The notes under the pieces: model-generated
The model's input: the letters and a program-made list of their open reading frames with translations, nothing else
What the model was told of the DNA's origin: nothing
Databases searched by the model: none
Shown here: positions 23,508-37,500 of the stretch, in pieces
How positions within the stretch are numbered: the stretch's first letter is position 1
Layout: the number at the start of each line of letters is the position of its first letter
Assembly: GCF_963921235.1 (NCBI RefSeq)
Contig: NC_086097.1
Location: forward strand, 105,588,001 to 105,652,000
Direction of reading: 5' to 3'
Length of the DNA: 64,000 nt
Source of the DNA: Mobula hypostoma
Taxonomy: Eukaryota
Translations under genes and position numbers: made by a program

Positions 23508-24130
23508 TGTAGGTTTTCCAAAATAAAATGGCGGAGGCATTTTTTGTTTCAGAAAAGCTGTAGCTACCATTTATTGAACACCAAAATCCTGAACTCAAAG
23601 CATGCTAAAACCCCTTTATGTAATTATGTCATCACCTCAGGCCAGCCTCTTAAAGTGAAACTGCAACTCAATGTCGGTGGTTGTGAATGATGTTCATTTC
23701 TTCTGTTTACGTTACCCTACACAGGACCCCTCCCCCCCCCGCCCCCAGAATTCACTAAAACTGCATTGTGAGTCAGTCTGGAGCCCAGGTCCCATGTTGC
23801 ATGGGTGGACGAACAGCAGGAGCACCTGGCTCGTCCACAGGTGTGTTGACATGCTCATGGTCATGTCGTGACGGCCGGGAGAAGCTAATGGAATCCTCCA
23901 AACCTTGGTGGGCCGGTTTAAGGTGAACTACCGAAATACGTTCAGGTTTAGTCCTCTTATCTATGATAGAAGTCTTTTCTCCCCGTTCCAAAATGCAGAA
24001 CGGACCATCATAAGGGGGCCTAAGGAGATGAAGGTGGATGAAAACAAACAAGGTGGAATGTAGGTTGACAGGAACCCAAGGGTGTTGTACACCACGATGG
24101 GAGGTAGGAATAGGAGAGAAGGAATTGAAT
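23508..24130 (-). mobile_element. 3' end of a decayed Gypsy element: integrase C-terminus, PPT and 3' LTR (23508-23721)
   Basis: LTR termini TGTAGG...CCTACA, with a C-run (PPT on -) at 23727-23746. ORF 23773..24051 RPPYDGPFCILERGEK...VHLKPA is GPY/F-like. Confidence 0.8.
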
Positions 24131-24149
24131 TGAATTGAAAGGAATTGAA

Positions 24150-27100
24150 AGGGACAGGACCGCGCAAGCGCGTGTAAGTCAATCCGTGAGGCAGCAGGAG
24201 TATTTAAAAGAGAGCAGTTTGTGGAAGTCTAAACATAGATAAATCTCCCAGACCAGATGGAATGCACCCTTGTGTTCTGAAGGAAGTAGCTGTGGAGATT
24301 GCGGAGGCATTAGCAATGATCTTTCAAAAGTCGATAGATTCTGGCATGGTTCTGGAGGACTGGAAGATTGCAAATGTCACTCCGCTATTTAAGAAGGGGG
24401 CAAGGAAGCAAAAAGGAAATTATAGACCCGTTAGCTTGACATCGGTGGTTGGGAAGTTGTTGGAGTCGATTGTCAAGGATGAGGTTACAGAGTACCTGGA
24501 GGCATATGACAAGATAGGTAGAACTCAGCATGGATTCCTTAAAGGAAAATCCTGCCTGACAAACCTATTACCTATTTTGAGGAAATTACCAGTAGGCTAG
24601 ACAAGGGAGATGCAGTGGATGTTGTATATTTGGATTTTCAGAAGGCCTTTGACAGGGTGCCACACATGAGGCTGCTTAACAAGATAAGAGCCCATGGAAT
24701 TACGGGAAAGTTACATACGTGGATAGAGTGTTGGCTGATTGGCAGGAAACAGAGAGTGGAAATAAAGGGATCCTATTCTGGTTGGCTGCCGGTTACCAGT
24801 GATGTTCCACAGGGGTCCGTGTTGGGGCCACTTCTTTTTACATTGTACATCAACAATTTGGATTATGGAATAGATGGCTTTGTGGCTAAGTTAGCTGACA
24901 ATACGAAGATAGGTGGAGGGGCCGGTAGTGCTGAGGAAACTGAGAGTCTGCAGAGAGACTTGGATAGATTGGAAGAATGGGCAAAGAGGTGGCAAAACAG
25001 TTACTGTTTTGGATATTGTTGGGGGAGATGTCTCATCCGGGGAAGGCAGCAGCAGCCGAGTTCATGGCACCATGGGTGGCTCTGCGGCACAGGAGGGAAG
25101 GAAAAGGAGTGGGAGAGCTATAGTGATAGGGGATTCGATTGTAAGGGGAATAGATAGGCGTTTCTGCGGCCGCAAACGAAACTCCAGGAGGGTATGTTGC
25201 CTCCCTGGTGCAAGGGTCAAGGATGTCTCTGAGTGGCTGCAGGACATTCTGGAGTGGGAGGGTGCACATAGGTATCAACGATATAGGTAAAAAAACGGGA
25301 TGAGGTCCTACAAGGTGAATTTAGGGAGTTAGGAAATAAACTAAAAAGTAGGACCACAAAGGTAATAATCTCTGGATTACTACCAGTGCCACGTGCTAGT
25401 CAGAGTAGAAATAGGAGGATATCAGATGAATACGTGGCTTGAAAAATGGTGCAAGGGGGAGGGATTCAAATTTCTGGGGCATTGGAACCAGTTCTGGAGG
25501 AGGTGGAACCGGTACAAACAGGACGGTCTGCACCTGGGCTGGACTGGAACCAATGTCCTAGGGGAAGCGTTTGCTACTGTTCTTCAGGAGGATCTAAACT
25601 AATGTGGCAGGGGGATGGGAACAAGTGCAGAGAGACAGAGGGGTGTAAAATGAGGGTAGAAGCAAAAAGTAGTAAGGTGAAAAGTAAAAGCAGCAGGCAG
25701 GCAAATCCAGGGCAAAATTCAAAAAGGGCCACTTTCCAACATAATTGTATGAGGGCGAAGAGTGTTGTAAAAACAAGCCTGAAGGCTTTGTGTGTCAATG
25801 CAAGGAGCATTCGTAACAAGGTGGATGAATTGAATGTGCTGATAGCTATTAATGAATATGATATAGTTGGGATCACAGAGACATGGCTCCAGGGTGACCA
25901 AGGACGGGAGCTCAACATTCAGAGATATTCAACATTCAGGAGGGATAGAAATGAAAGAAAAGGAGGTGGGTGGCTTTGCTGGTTAGAGAGGAGATTAACG
26001 CAATAGAAAGGAAGGACATTAGCCGGGAGGATGTGGAATCGATATGGGTAGAGCTGCATAACACTAAGGGGCAGAAAATGCTGGTGGGAGTTGTGTACAG
26101 TCCACCTAACAGTATTAGTGAGGTTGGGGATGGCATTAAACAGGATATTAGAAATGCGTGCAATAAAGGAACAGCAATTATAAAAGGTGACTTCAATCTA
26201 CATATAGATAGGGTGAACCAAGTTGGTAAGGGTGCTGAGGAAGAGGATTTCTTGGAATGTATGCGGGGTAGTTTTCTGAACCAACATGTCGAGGAACCAA
26301 CTAGAGAGCAGGCCATTCTAGACTGGGTATTGAGCCACGAGGAAGGGTTAGTTTGCAATCTTGTCGTGAGAGGCCCCTTGGGTAAGAGTGACCATAATAT
26401 GGTGGAATTCTTCTTTAAGATGGAGAGTGATATAGTTAATTCAGTAACAAAGGGTTTGAACTTAAAGAAGGGTAACTTTGAAGGTATGAGACGTGAATTA
26501 GCTAAGATAGACTGGCAAATGATACTTAAAGGGTTGACAGTGGATATGCAATGGCAAGCATTTAAGGATCGCATGGATGAACTACAACAATTGTTCATCC
26601 CAGTTTGGTAAAAGAATAAACCAGGGAAGTGTAAAAGCTTTAATAGATATGTGAAAAGAAAAAGATTGGTTAAGACAAATGTAGGTCCCTTGCAGTCAGA
26701 AACAGGTGAATTGATTATGGAGAGCAAGGACATGGCAGAACAATTGAATAACGACTTTGGTTCTGTCTTCACTAAGGAGGACATAAATAATCTTCCGGAA
26801 ATAGTAGAGAACCGAGGGTCTAGTGAGATGGAGGAACTGAGGGAAATACATGTTAGTAGGGAAGTGGTGTTAGGTACATTGAAGGGATTAAAGGCAGATA
26901 AATCCCCAGGGCCAGATGGTCTGCATCCCAGAGTGCTTAAGGAAGTAGCCCAAGAAATAGTGGATGCATTAGTGATAATTTTTCAAAACTCTTTAGATTC
27001 TGGATTAGTTCCTGAGGATTGAAGGGTGGCTAATGTAACCCCACTTTTTAAAAAAGGAGAGAGAGACAAACCAGGGAATTATAGACCGGTAAGCCTGACA

Positions 27101-28425
27101 TCGGTGGTGGGGAAACTGCTGGAGTCAGTTATCAAAGATGTGATAACAACACATTTGGAAAGCGGTGAAATCATCAGACAAAGTCAGCATGGATTTGTGA
27201 AAGGAAAATCATGTCTGACGAATCTCATAGAATTTTTTGAGGATGTAACTAGTAGAGTGGATAGGGGAGAACCAGTGGATGTGGTATATTTTGATTTTCA
27301 AAAGGCTTTTGACAAGGTCCCACACAGGAGATTAGTGTACAAACTTAAAGCACACGGTATTGGGGGTAAGGTATTGATGTGGATAGAGAATTGGTTGGCA
27401 GACAGGAAGCAAAGAGTGGGAATAAACGGGACCTTTTCAGAATGGCAGGCATGACTAGTGGAGTACCGCAAGGCTCAGTGCTGGGACCCCAGTTGTTTAC
27501 AATATATATTAATGACTTAGACGAGGGAATTAAATGCAGCATCTCCAAGTTTGCAGATGACATGAAGCTGGGCGGCAGTGTTAGCTGTGAGGTCAGGTCA
27601 GGTGAGTGGGCAAATTCATGGCAGATGCAATTTAATGTGGATAAATGTGAGGTTATCCACTTTGGTGGCAAGAACAGGAAAACAGATTATTATTTGAATG
27701 GTGGCCGATTAGGAAAAGGGGAGGTGCAATGAGACCTGGGTGTCATTATACAACAGTCATTGAAAGTGGGCATGCAGGTACAGCAGGCAGTGAAAAAGGC
27801 GAATGGTATGCTGGCATTTATAGCGAGAGGATTCGAGTACAGGAGCAGGGAGGTACTACTGCAGTTGTACAAGGCCTTGGTGAGACCACACCTGGAGTAT
27901 TGTGTGCAGTTTTGGTCCCCTAATCTGAGGAAAGACATTCTTGCCATAGAGGGAGTACAAAGAAGGTTCACCAGATTGATTCCTGGGATGGAAGGACTTT
28001 CATATGATGAAAGACTGGATCGACTAGGTTTATACTCTCTGGAATTTAGAAGATTGAGGGGGGATCTGATTGAAACGTATAAAATTCTAAAGGGATTGGA
28101 TAGGCTAGATGCAGGAAGATTGCTCCCGATGTTGGGGAAGTCCAGAATGAGGGGTCATAGTTTGAGGATAAAGGGAAGCCTTTTAGGACCGAGAAGAGGA
28201 AAACTTTCTTCACACAGAGAGTGGTGAACCTGTGGAATTCTCTGCCACAGGAAACAGTTGCGGGCAGTTCATTGGCTATATTTAAGAGGAAGTTAGATAT
28301 GGCCCTTGTGGCTAAAGGGATCAGGGGGTATGGAGAGAAGGCAGGTACAGGGTTCTGAGTTGGATGATCAGGCTCAAAGAGCCGAATGGCCTACTCCTGC
28401 ACCTATTTTCTATGTTCTATGTTTC
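24150..28425 (+). mobile_element. Near full-length decayed CR1 (5'UTR, ORF1 SGNH esterase, ORF2 APE and RT, tail) with a second CR1 RT piece at ~24228-24992; inserted in the Gypsy element
   Basis: ORF1 has VIGDSIVRG, CCLPGARV and DGLHL. APE has VNARSI, GITETW, GDFN, ILDWV and SDH. RT motifs follow with stops and frameshifts, and the TTCTATGT tail is near 28408-28425. Confidence 0.9.
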
Positions 28426-29412
28426 TAATTTACTGAGGAGTGTGGAACACGACCAGGTGGTCATGGCATCAGAAATGAAATCATCTGAAACTGGTAACAA
28501 CTGTCTATATACCAACTCAGCCACGGACAACTGAAGATCCTCTTTTGGAGCTGTTCTGAGCCCCAGCAAGACCCACGGGAGACGATCATGCCAACACTCA
28601 TCGGTCAGGGAAGCCCTCAGAGCAGCCTTTAAGGAGCAGTGAAACCAATAGCATAGGCCATTGGACCGCGGGTGATTCACCGTGGTGTGATATAGCCTAA
28701 CACCAAGGCTCTGGGTCTGAAATGAATTAGGGAGCATGGTCAGATGGGTGCCAAACTGAGCAGTTGTGCCTTTGCTGCCATGCAGACCAGGGGTCTGATA
28801 TCTCGGCCATCGCATGCACAAGGGGTGTGTGGTCAATGAACGCTGTAAAATGCAACATTCTCGAAGAAAACAGAAATGGTGGATAGCCAGATAGAAACTG
28901 AGAAGCTCAGTCGTGCTGTACTTCATTTTCGGGGGGATGGAGCTGCCGGCTGAAGAAGGCGAGCGGCTGCCTCACGCCTCCAAACAACTGTTCATGCACA
29001 GCACCCACGGCACAGTCTGAGACATCAATAGCAATGGCTACGGGTGTGTTGGGGAGTGGGAGCGGCCATGGGGTCTCATTGGAAACAGCTCGTCTGGTGT
29101 CACCAAATGTCCTGGTCATGTCCACTGACCAGTCAAGCACGTGATTGGGGGTATTACCTTTAAGTGCACTCTACAGGGGGAGCATAAGTTCAGCATTTCA
29201 CAGAATGAAGAAGCGGTGATAGATATTCACCATGCCTAAAAACTCCTGTCATTTTTTAGTAGTGCGGGGTGGTGGAAAATCCATAAAAGTGGCTGCGTTT
29301 GACAGGAGAGCTTTTGCTCTTTCTGTGGAGATGCGATGGCTGAGAAAATCAGTAGTTGACAACCCAAACTGAAATTTATCAGGTTTAATAATCAACCCCT
29401 GTTGGCTTAAGG
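28426..29412 (-). mobile_element. Gypsy pol fragment (RT C-terminus, RNase H, integrase core); continuation of 23508-24130
   Basis: AIDVSDCAVGAV..QPLAFFSRQL is RNase H-like; HPRSNG..WHDRLPWVLLGLRTAPKEDL is integrase-like. Confidence 0.82.
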
Positions 29413-32395
29413 GAAAGGAACCCTTAGGGACCAGTGATTGAGTTCAACTGGCAACTTGTTGGGAAGAAAGTAAGATCTAATGTAGCAGTATTTCAGTGGA
29501 GTAAAGGAAATTACAGTGGTATGAGAGAAGAGTTAGCCAAAGTAAATTGGAAGTAAATTGGCAGGGAAGACAGCAGAGAAGCAATGGTGTGAGTTTCTAG
29601 GAAATATGAGGAAGATGCAGGATAGATGTATTTCAGAAATGAAGAAATACTCAAATGGCAAAATAGTACATCCTTGGCTGACAAGGGAAGTCAAAGCTAA
29701 TGTACAAGTGAAATGTACAACAAAGCAAAAACTAGCAGGAAGATAGAGAATTAGGAAGCTTTCAAAAACCTACAGAAAGAATCAACTGAAAAAATCATTA
29801 GGAGGGAAAAGGTGACCCAGGACTGTGTGCTCAATCCACTGCTGTTCACTCTGCTGACCCACAAATATGCTGCAACACACAACTCAAACCACATCATCAA
29901 GTTCACCGATGACATGACTGTGATGGATCTCATCAGCAAGAACGATCAGTCAGCATACAGAGAGGAGGTGCTGTGGCTAACAAACTGGTGCAGAGCCAAT
30001 AACCTGTCTTGTAATGTAAACAAAACAAAAGAGATGGTTGTTGACTTCAGGAGGACACAGAGCGACCACTCTCTGCTGAACGTTGACGACGCCTCCATAG
30101 AGATCATTAAGAGCACCAAATTTCTTGGTGTTCACCTGGCGGAGAATCTCACCTGGTCCCTCAACACCAGCTCCATAGCAAAGAAAGCCCAGCAGCGTCT
30201 GTACTTTCTGCGAAGGCTGAGAAAAGTCCATCTCCCACCCCCCATCCTCACCACATTCTACAGAGGTTGTATTGAGAGCATCCTGAGCAGTTGCATCACT
30301 GCCTGGTTCAGAAATTGCACCATCTAGGATCGCAAGACTCTGCAGTGGATAGTGAGGTCAGCTGAGAAGATCATCGGGGTCTCTCTTCCCACCATTACAG
30401 ACGTTTACACCGCACGCTGCATGCGCAAAGAAAACAGCATTATGAAGGACCCTACGCACCTTTCATATAAACTCTTCTCCCTCTGGCAAAAGGCACCGAA
30501 GCATTCGGGCTGTCACGACCTGACTATGTAACAGTTTCTTCCCCCAAGCCATCAGACTCCTCATTACCCAGAGCCTGGACTGACACCTACTGCCCTCTAC
30601 TGTGCCTATTGTCTTGTTTATTATTTATTGTAATGCCTGCACTGTTTTGTGCACTTTATGCAGTCCTGGGTAGGTCTGTAGTCCAGTGTAGTTTTTGTGT
30701 TGTTTTACATAGTTCAGTGTAGTTTTTATATTGTTTCATGTAGCACCATGGTCCTGAAAAACATTGTCTCATTTTTACTGTGTACCGTACCAGCAGTTAT
30801 GGTCAAAATCACAATAAAAAGTGACTTGACTTGACTTGAAATATGAAAGCAAGCTAGCGAACAATATCAAAGAAGATAGAAAAAGCTTTTTCAAGTGTGT
30901 TAAAAATAAAAGAGAAATCAGAGTGGATAAAGGACTGCTAGAAAATGAGGAGAAATAATAATGGGGGACAAGGAGATGGCAGATGAACTAAATGGGTATT
31001 TTGCATCACTCTTCACTGTGGAAGACACTAGCAATGTGCCAGGTGTTGAAGTGTGTGAGGGAAGAGAAGTGAGTGCAGTTACAAGGGAGAAGGTGCTCAA
31101 AAAGCTGAAAAACCTAGGGGTACATAAGTCACCCAGAACAGATGAACTGCACCCTGGGGTTCTGAAAGAGGTAGCAGTAAAGATTGTGGAGGCATTAGTA
31201 ATGAAATCATTCAAGAAGCATGGTGCCAGAGGACCGGAAAATTGCAGATGTCACTGCACTCTTTAAGAAAAGAGGAAGGCAGCAGAAAGGAAATTATAGA
31301 CCAGGTAGCCTGACCTCAGCGGTTGGGAAAATGTTGGAGTCAATTGTTAAGGATGAGGTGACGAAGTACTTGGTGACACAGGACAAGATAGGACAAAGTC
31401 AGCATGATTTCCTTAAGGGAAAATTTTTCCTGATGAACCTGTTGGAATTCTTTTGAGGAGATTATAAGGAGATAAAGAGGATGCAGTGGATGTTGTATAT
31501 TTGGATTTTCAGAAGGCTTTTGACAAGGTGCCACACATGAAGCTGCTTACCAAGTTAAGAGCCCATGGTATTACAGGAAAGTTACTGACAATGTTAGAGC
31601 ATTGACTGATTGGTAGGAGGTAGCAAGTGGGAATAAAAGGATCTTTGTCTGGTTGGCTGCAAGTGTCTAGTGGTGTTCCGCAGGGGTCGGTGTTGGGATC
31701 ACTTCTTTTTATGCTGTCTGTCAGTGAGTTAGATGATGGAATAGATGGGTTTGTTTCCAAGTTTGCAGATGATACAAAGGTTGGTGGAGGGGCAGGTAGT
31801 ACTGAGGAAACAGGTAGGCTGCAGAAGGACTTAGACCAGGGTGTCCATTTGAAACAGAGGTGTGGAGAAATTTCTTAGCCAGAGGGCAATGAATTTGTGG
31901 AATTTTTTTACCATTGGCAGCTGTGGAGGCCAGGTCATTGCATTTATGCCAGAGATTGGGGAGCATGCCTTATGAGAATAGGTTGAGTGAACTCAGTCTT
32001 TTCTCCTTGGAGTGATGGAGGACGAGAGGTGACCTGATAGAGGTGTACAAGATAATGAGAGGCATTGATCGTGTGGATAGTCAGAGGCTTTTTCCCAGGG
32101 CTGAAATGGCTAGCATGAGAGGGCATAGTTTTAAGTGCTTGGAAGTAGGTACAGAGGAGATGTCAGGGCTAAGTTTTTTTACGCAGAGAGTGGTGAGTGC
32201 GTGGAATGTGCTGCCGGTGGTGGTGGTGGAGGCAGAAACGATAGGGTCTTTTAAGAGACTCCTGGATGGCTACATGGAGCTTAGAAAAATAGAGGGCTAT
32301 GGGTAAAGCCTAGGTAGTTCTAAGCTAGGGACATGTTTGGCACAGCTTTGTGGGCTAAAGGGCCTGTATTGTGCTGTAGGTTTTCTATGTTTCTA
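29413..32395 (+). mobile_element. Decayed CR1 ORF2 fragments (at least two subfamilies), interrupted by Rex1
   Basis: ORFs 30961-31878 carry [25 protein letters not shown] and FADD. A 3' end with tail is near 32390. Confidence 0.8.
29812..30839 (+). mobile_element. Rex1/Babar LINE, 5'-truncated
   Basis: ORF 29812..30327 reads KFTDD..NKTKEMVVDFRR..KKAQQRLYFLRRLRK. AATAAA is followed by a (GACTT)n tail at about 30813-30839. Confidence 0.88.
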
Positions 32396-32399
32396 GATT

Positions 32400-33865
32400 G
32401 GTGGACCGGTGCTAACTGGCTGGTATTTTGACTGAGACCTTTAACATCTCGCTTTAGTAGTGTGTGGTACCCACCGGCTTCAATTATACCAGTACCCAGG
32501 AAGAGCATGGTGACCTGCCTCAGTGAGTTTTGACCAGTTGCACTTACATCCACAGGGATGAAGTGCTTTGAGAGGCTGGTGATGAAACGTATCAGATCCT
32601 GTCAGAGTGACGACTTTGATCCACTCCAGTCTGCCTACCGGAGAAACAGGTCCACAGCAGATGACGACTCATTTTCTCTTCACTAGAATATCTGGACAGC
32701 AAAGGATGCTCTCTATCAATTACAGCTCAGCATGCAATACCATCATCCCCTCAAAACTAATCAATAAACTCCAAGGCCTGGGCCTCAATACCCCCTGGTG
32801 CAATTGGATCCTGGATTTCATCACTTGCAGACCCAGTCAGTTTGGATTGGCAAAAACATCTCCTCCACAATCTCCATCAGCACAGGAGCACCACAGGATG
32901 TGTGTTTAGCCCCCTACTCTACTCACTTTATACCTATGACTGTGTGGCTAAGTACAGCCTCAGCACCATATACAAGTTTGCTGATGACATCACTGTCGTG
33001 GGCTATACCAAAGGTGGTGATGAAACAGCGTACAGGAGGGAGATTGAAAACTTGGCCGAGTGGTGTAATAACAACAGCCTCTCACTCAATGTCAGCAAGA
33101 CCAAGGAACTGATTGTAGACATCGGGAGAGGGAAACCAGAGATCCGTGAGCCAGTAATCATCGGAGGATCAGAGGTGGAGAGGATTAGCAACCTTAAATT
33201 CCTGGGTGTCACTATCTTAGGTGGACCCATCATATAAGTATAATTGTGAAGAAAGCATGGTAGTTCCTTTACTTCCTTAGGAGACTGTGGAGATTCAGCA
33301 TGTCATCTGAAATCTTGACAAATGCCTTCAGATGTGTGGTGGAGAGTGTATTGACTAGTTGTATCATGGCATGGTATGGAAACACCAATGGTAGTGGATT
33401 CAGCCCAGTACATCACAGGTAAAGCCCTCCCAACCACTGAGCACATCTACATGAAACACTATCATAGGAAAGCAACATCCATCACCACCCAGACCATGCT
33501 CTTTTCTCACCACTGGCATCAGGTAGAAGGTACAAGAGCCTCAGGACTCGCATCACCAGGTTCAAGAACAGTTACTACCCCTCAATCATCAGGCTGTTGA
33601 ACAAAAAGGGATAACTACCTACCCATCCACTGAGATGTTCCCACAACCAATGATCTGTCTTTAGCGACTCTTTATTCCATTATCTCATGTTCTTATTATT
33701 TACATTTGTATTTACACCGTTTGTCGCCTTCTGCACTCTGGTTGATCTTTCATTGATCCTGTTATAACTACTATTCTATAGATTTGCTGAGTATGCCCAC
33801 AGGAAAATTAATCTCAGGGTGACATATATGTACTTTGATAATAAATAAATTTAATTAGACTTTGA
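32400..33865 (+). mobile_element. Decayed Rex1/Babar LINE
   Basis: MKCFERLV, STGAPQ, KFADD, SKTKELIVD and RFKNSYYPSIIRLLN fragments. Confidence 0.85.
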
Positions 33866-34764
33866 AATGAGCTTTGCCAATTTCATGCTGGAATATTTAG
33901 AACTGAAATTATTGTTGATTGTGGGATGCTTTAGGCTTCCTAAGCAGTTTCACACCAGTTTAAGACGGCACTGGTGAAGCTCAGTGGCTATTTGCTGGTG
34001 GCAAACAAAACAAAGAAAATTACTGACTGCTTTAATAATTACACTTTTTCTGCAATCAATAGCTTGTAACTTTGGTTTCGGAGTTGAGCTTTCAAACTGC
34101 CTATATGACCTGGTATTTTTGCAGTGTGAACTGAAGTCTCAAAGGTGCAGGATGGTTGTGGCGTGGTGTGTATGGATCAAATCAGGCAGCTTGGCCTGGG
34201 CAGGAGAGCAGGGAATGAGCCGATCTTTGACCATTGCTGGCACATACTGGGAGGTGACCCGATGTGGTAGAACTGAGGTGAGGTGAGGAGAGGCAGAGCT
34301 CAAGCCCAGGAGCAAGGAAAGTCCAGAGGTTTGGACGATTTAAGCACCGGGCTGAATTGGAGAGGTCGGGGACCGGGGCAACGGGGTCCAGCCCCAGAAC
34401 GTATCGAAGTGACAGAGCCCTGGACCCCAAGCAATGGCCTGGGGTTTCAATAATTTAAGCACCAGGCCAGATCGAAAAAATCAGGATGTCAGGGGTGGGG
34501 GTAAGGGGCAGGCTGGTTCAGCTCACTACTCACAAGGTTTACTTGTCTCTGCACTGAACTAAGGCAGTAGTGATGACCGACTTTGCGGCTGTGGTTTCAC
34601 TTTTGTGAACTTCAGTTCTTTGCTTGCTTTTGTTGTTTTCACAGTTGTTTTTTTTCTGCACGTTGGATGTTTGACAATCTTTTTAATGGGTTTCTTCGTT
34701 TGTAGCTGCCTGTGAGGAGACGAATCTTAATGTTGTGTGCATATTGTGATAGAAATGCGCTTTA

Positions 34765-35272
34765 TAAACACAAGAAAGTCTGCCAATGCTAGAAATCCAA
34801 AGTTACATGCACAAAATGCTGGAGGAACTCAGCAGCTCAGGCAGCATCATTGGAAACAAATAAACAGTCGATATTTCAGGCCAAGGCCTTTCTTCAGGAC
34901 TGAGAAGGCAGGGGGAACACAACAGAATAAAAAGGTTGGGGGAAGGGTAAGGAGGCTAGCTGGAAGGGGATAGGTGAAGTCAGGTGTGTGGAAAAGATCA
35001 GGGGCTGGAGAAGGAATTTGATAGGAAAAGTGAGTGGACCATAGGAGAAAGGGAAGGAGGAGGGGACCAAGGGGAAGTAATAGGCATGTGAGAAGAGGTA
35101 AAAGGTCAGAGTGTGGACTAGAGGAATAAAGGGAGCAGGGAGGGAATTCTTTTTTACGGGGAAGTGAAAATTGATATTCATGCCATCAGGATGGAGGCTG
35201 CCCAGATGGAATATCAGGTGTTGCTCCTTCACCTTGAAGGTGGCCTCATCTCGGCACAGGATGTGGCCATGG
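34765..35272 (-). mobile_element. Penelope-like element 3' end / pseudo-LTR
   Basis: EQHLIFHLGSLHPDGMNI C-terminus followed by the shared terminal sequence with a hammerhead core. Confidence 0.82.
34865..34902 (-). ncRNA. Minimal type I hammerhead ribozyme motif
   Basis: Minus strand reads CAGTC-CTGAAGA-A-AGGCC TT GGCCT-GAAA-T-ATC-GACTG: stem I, core, stem II and an AUC triplet. Confidence 0.65.
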
Positions 35273-36254
35273 AACTCCTGTTCAATCTGGCCTGACGCGT
35301 AAGTGTACTTTGACTTTGGAATTAAAAGGAAGGGGAGTCCATTTCAGCATACATGGCTGAATTGAAGAAGTTTGTGTGTTGGCAAGTGACACAGAAAGCA
35401 CTCTCTGATAATAGATATATTAATCATTTATTTAGAAATAGTAAAAATTCAAGCAAACATTCATGTTCCCCAAGTTTCAGACACTACAAAGCGGAATACT
35501 CAACAAACATACTTAGTTAAAAGTGCATGCGGAGCATACCTTCCCAACCATCATTGCTTCCTTGCCTTAAACAAAGGAAGAAGAGAGTGCTACCCTGGTG
35601 TTTGAAACTGGACACCAGGCAGCCAGACAATGAGGAAAGCAGCTGCAGCTTCTAAACTAACCCATCACAATGGGAGTGACTTTCGACGATCAGAATAAGG
35701 CACACCGCACAGGACACTTCACCCTTCAAAAGTTGTGAACGTGATGATCCAACCCTAGACTAGTATGACTCTCATGAACTCCGAACTAAGTTATACATAA
35801 AAACACCAGTAAAATCCCAAAACTGTAAACCCAATAGTCACCTCCCAGTATACCAGAGTAATGCACCAGCCTCCCTGTGCCCCAAAAGCCCACCAGTCAA
35901 CCCTGCTGTGTGATAGCCAATGAGCTGGTGCCTTACTTAATTTTATTCACTGACTCTGAGATATAATCAACCAGATGAGAAATGTTCACCAACCCTTCAG
36001 GAATGCAGGTGCACCATCTCTAACCAATAACAGTACATGTGCCACCTTCCTTTGTGAGCAGGCCATCTGTCTGGCCGTACCATACTGAGAAAGGCTATCA
36101 TTCAAAACACCCTTCCTTTGTAATAACCATCTTACCAAGCATCACGGTCCATCCAGGGCACGGGGGTGGCATACATACTGCACCACGTAATCATCCACAC
36201 CACTCTGGGAAAACAGATATGGCTTGGAACTGTATATCCAGTAAGAGCCATTCA

Positions 36255-37500
36255 TAGAACATACACATCTACAGCACATTACAGGCTCTTTGGCCCATAA
36301 TATCGTGCCGACCACGTATCCTACTCTAGAAACTGCCTAGAATTACCCTACCACATAGCCCTCTAGTTTTCTAAGCTCCATGTACCTATCTAGGAGTCTC
36401 TTAAAAGACCCTATTGTATCTGCCTCTACCACCATTGCTGGCAGTGCATTCCACGCACTCACCTCCTTCTGTGTGAAAAACTTACCTCTGACATCCCCTC
36501 GGTACCTACCTCCAAGTACCTTAAAACTGTGCCCTCTCAAGATAGCCAATTCAGCCCTGGGAAAAAATCTCTGACTATCCACACAATCAATGCTCCTCAT
36601 CATCTTATAGACTTCTATCAGGTCATCTCTCGTCCTTCATCACTCCAAGGAGAAAAGGCCGAGTTCACTCAACCTATTCTCATAAGGCATGCTCCCCAAT
36701 CCAGGCAACATTCTTATAAATCACCTCTGCAATCTCTCTATAGTATCTACATCTTTCCTGTAGTGAGGTGACCAGAACTGAACACAGTACTCCAAAGGGG
36801 TCCAACTAAGGTCTAATATAGCTGTAACATTACCTCACAGCTCTTGAGCTCAATTCTGTGGTGGATGAAGGCCAACACACCATATGCCTCCTTAACAATA
36901 CTGTCAACCTGCACAGCAGTTTTGAGTGTCCTATCGACATGGACCCCAAGATCTCGCTGATCCTCCACACTGTCAAGAGTCTTACCATTAATATGATATT
37001 CTGATTTCAAATTGGACCTACCGAAATTAACAACTTCACACTTAGAAACATAGAAACATAGAAACATAGAAAATAGGTTATCTAGGTTGAACTCCATTTG
37101 TCACTTCTCAGCCCAGTTCTGCATCCTATCGATGCCCTGCTGTAACCTCTGACAACCCCCCAGTCTATCCACAACAACCCCAGCCTTTGTGTCATTAGCA
37201 AACTTACTAACCCACCTTTCTATTTCCTCATCCAAGTCACTTATAAAAATCACAGAGGAGGGGTCCCAGAACAGATCCCTGTGGAACATCACTGGTCACT
37301 GTCCTCCATGCAGAATACAAACCATCCACAACCATCCTTTTTCTTCTGTGGGCAAGCCAATTCTGAATCCACAAAGTGAGGTCTCCTTGGATTCCGTGCC
37401 TCATTACTTTCTGAATGAGCCTCACATGGGGAACCTTATCAGATGCCTTATGGAAATCCATATACACTACATCTACTGATCTACCTTCATCAATGTGTTT
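36255..37500 (-). mobile_element. Decayed CR1 3' half
   Basis: ORFs 36343-37560 contain [21 protein letters not shown] and FFTQ..WNALP. Confidence 0.82.

Noticed and set aside
24913..25602. SGNH/GDSL esterase as a captured host gene
   Set aside because: It is the known CR1 ORF1 esterase domain, directly upstream of the APE-RT ORF and also seen at 51316-52190.
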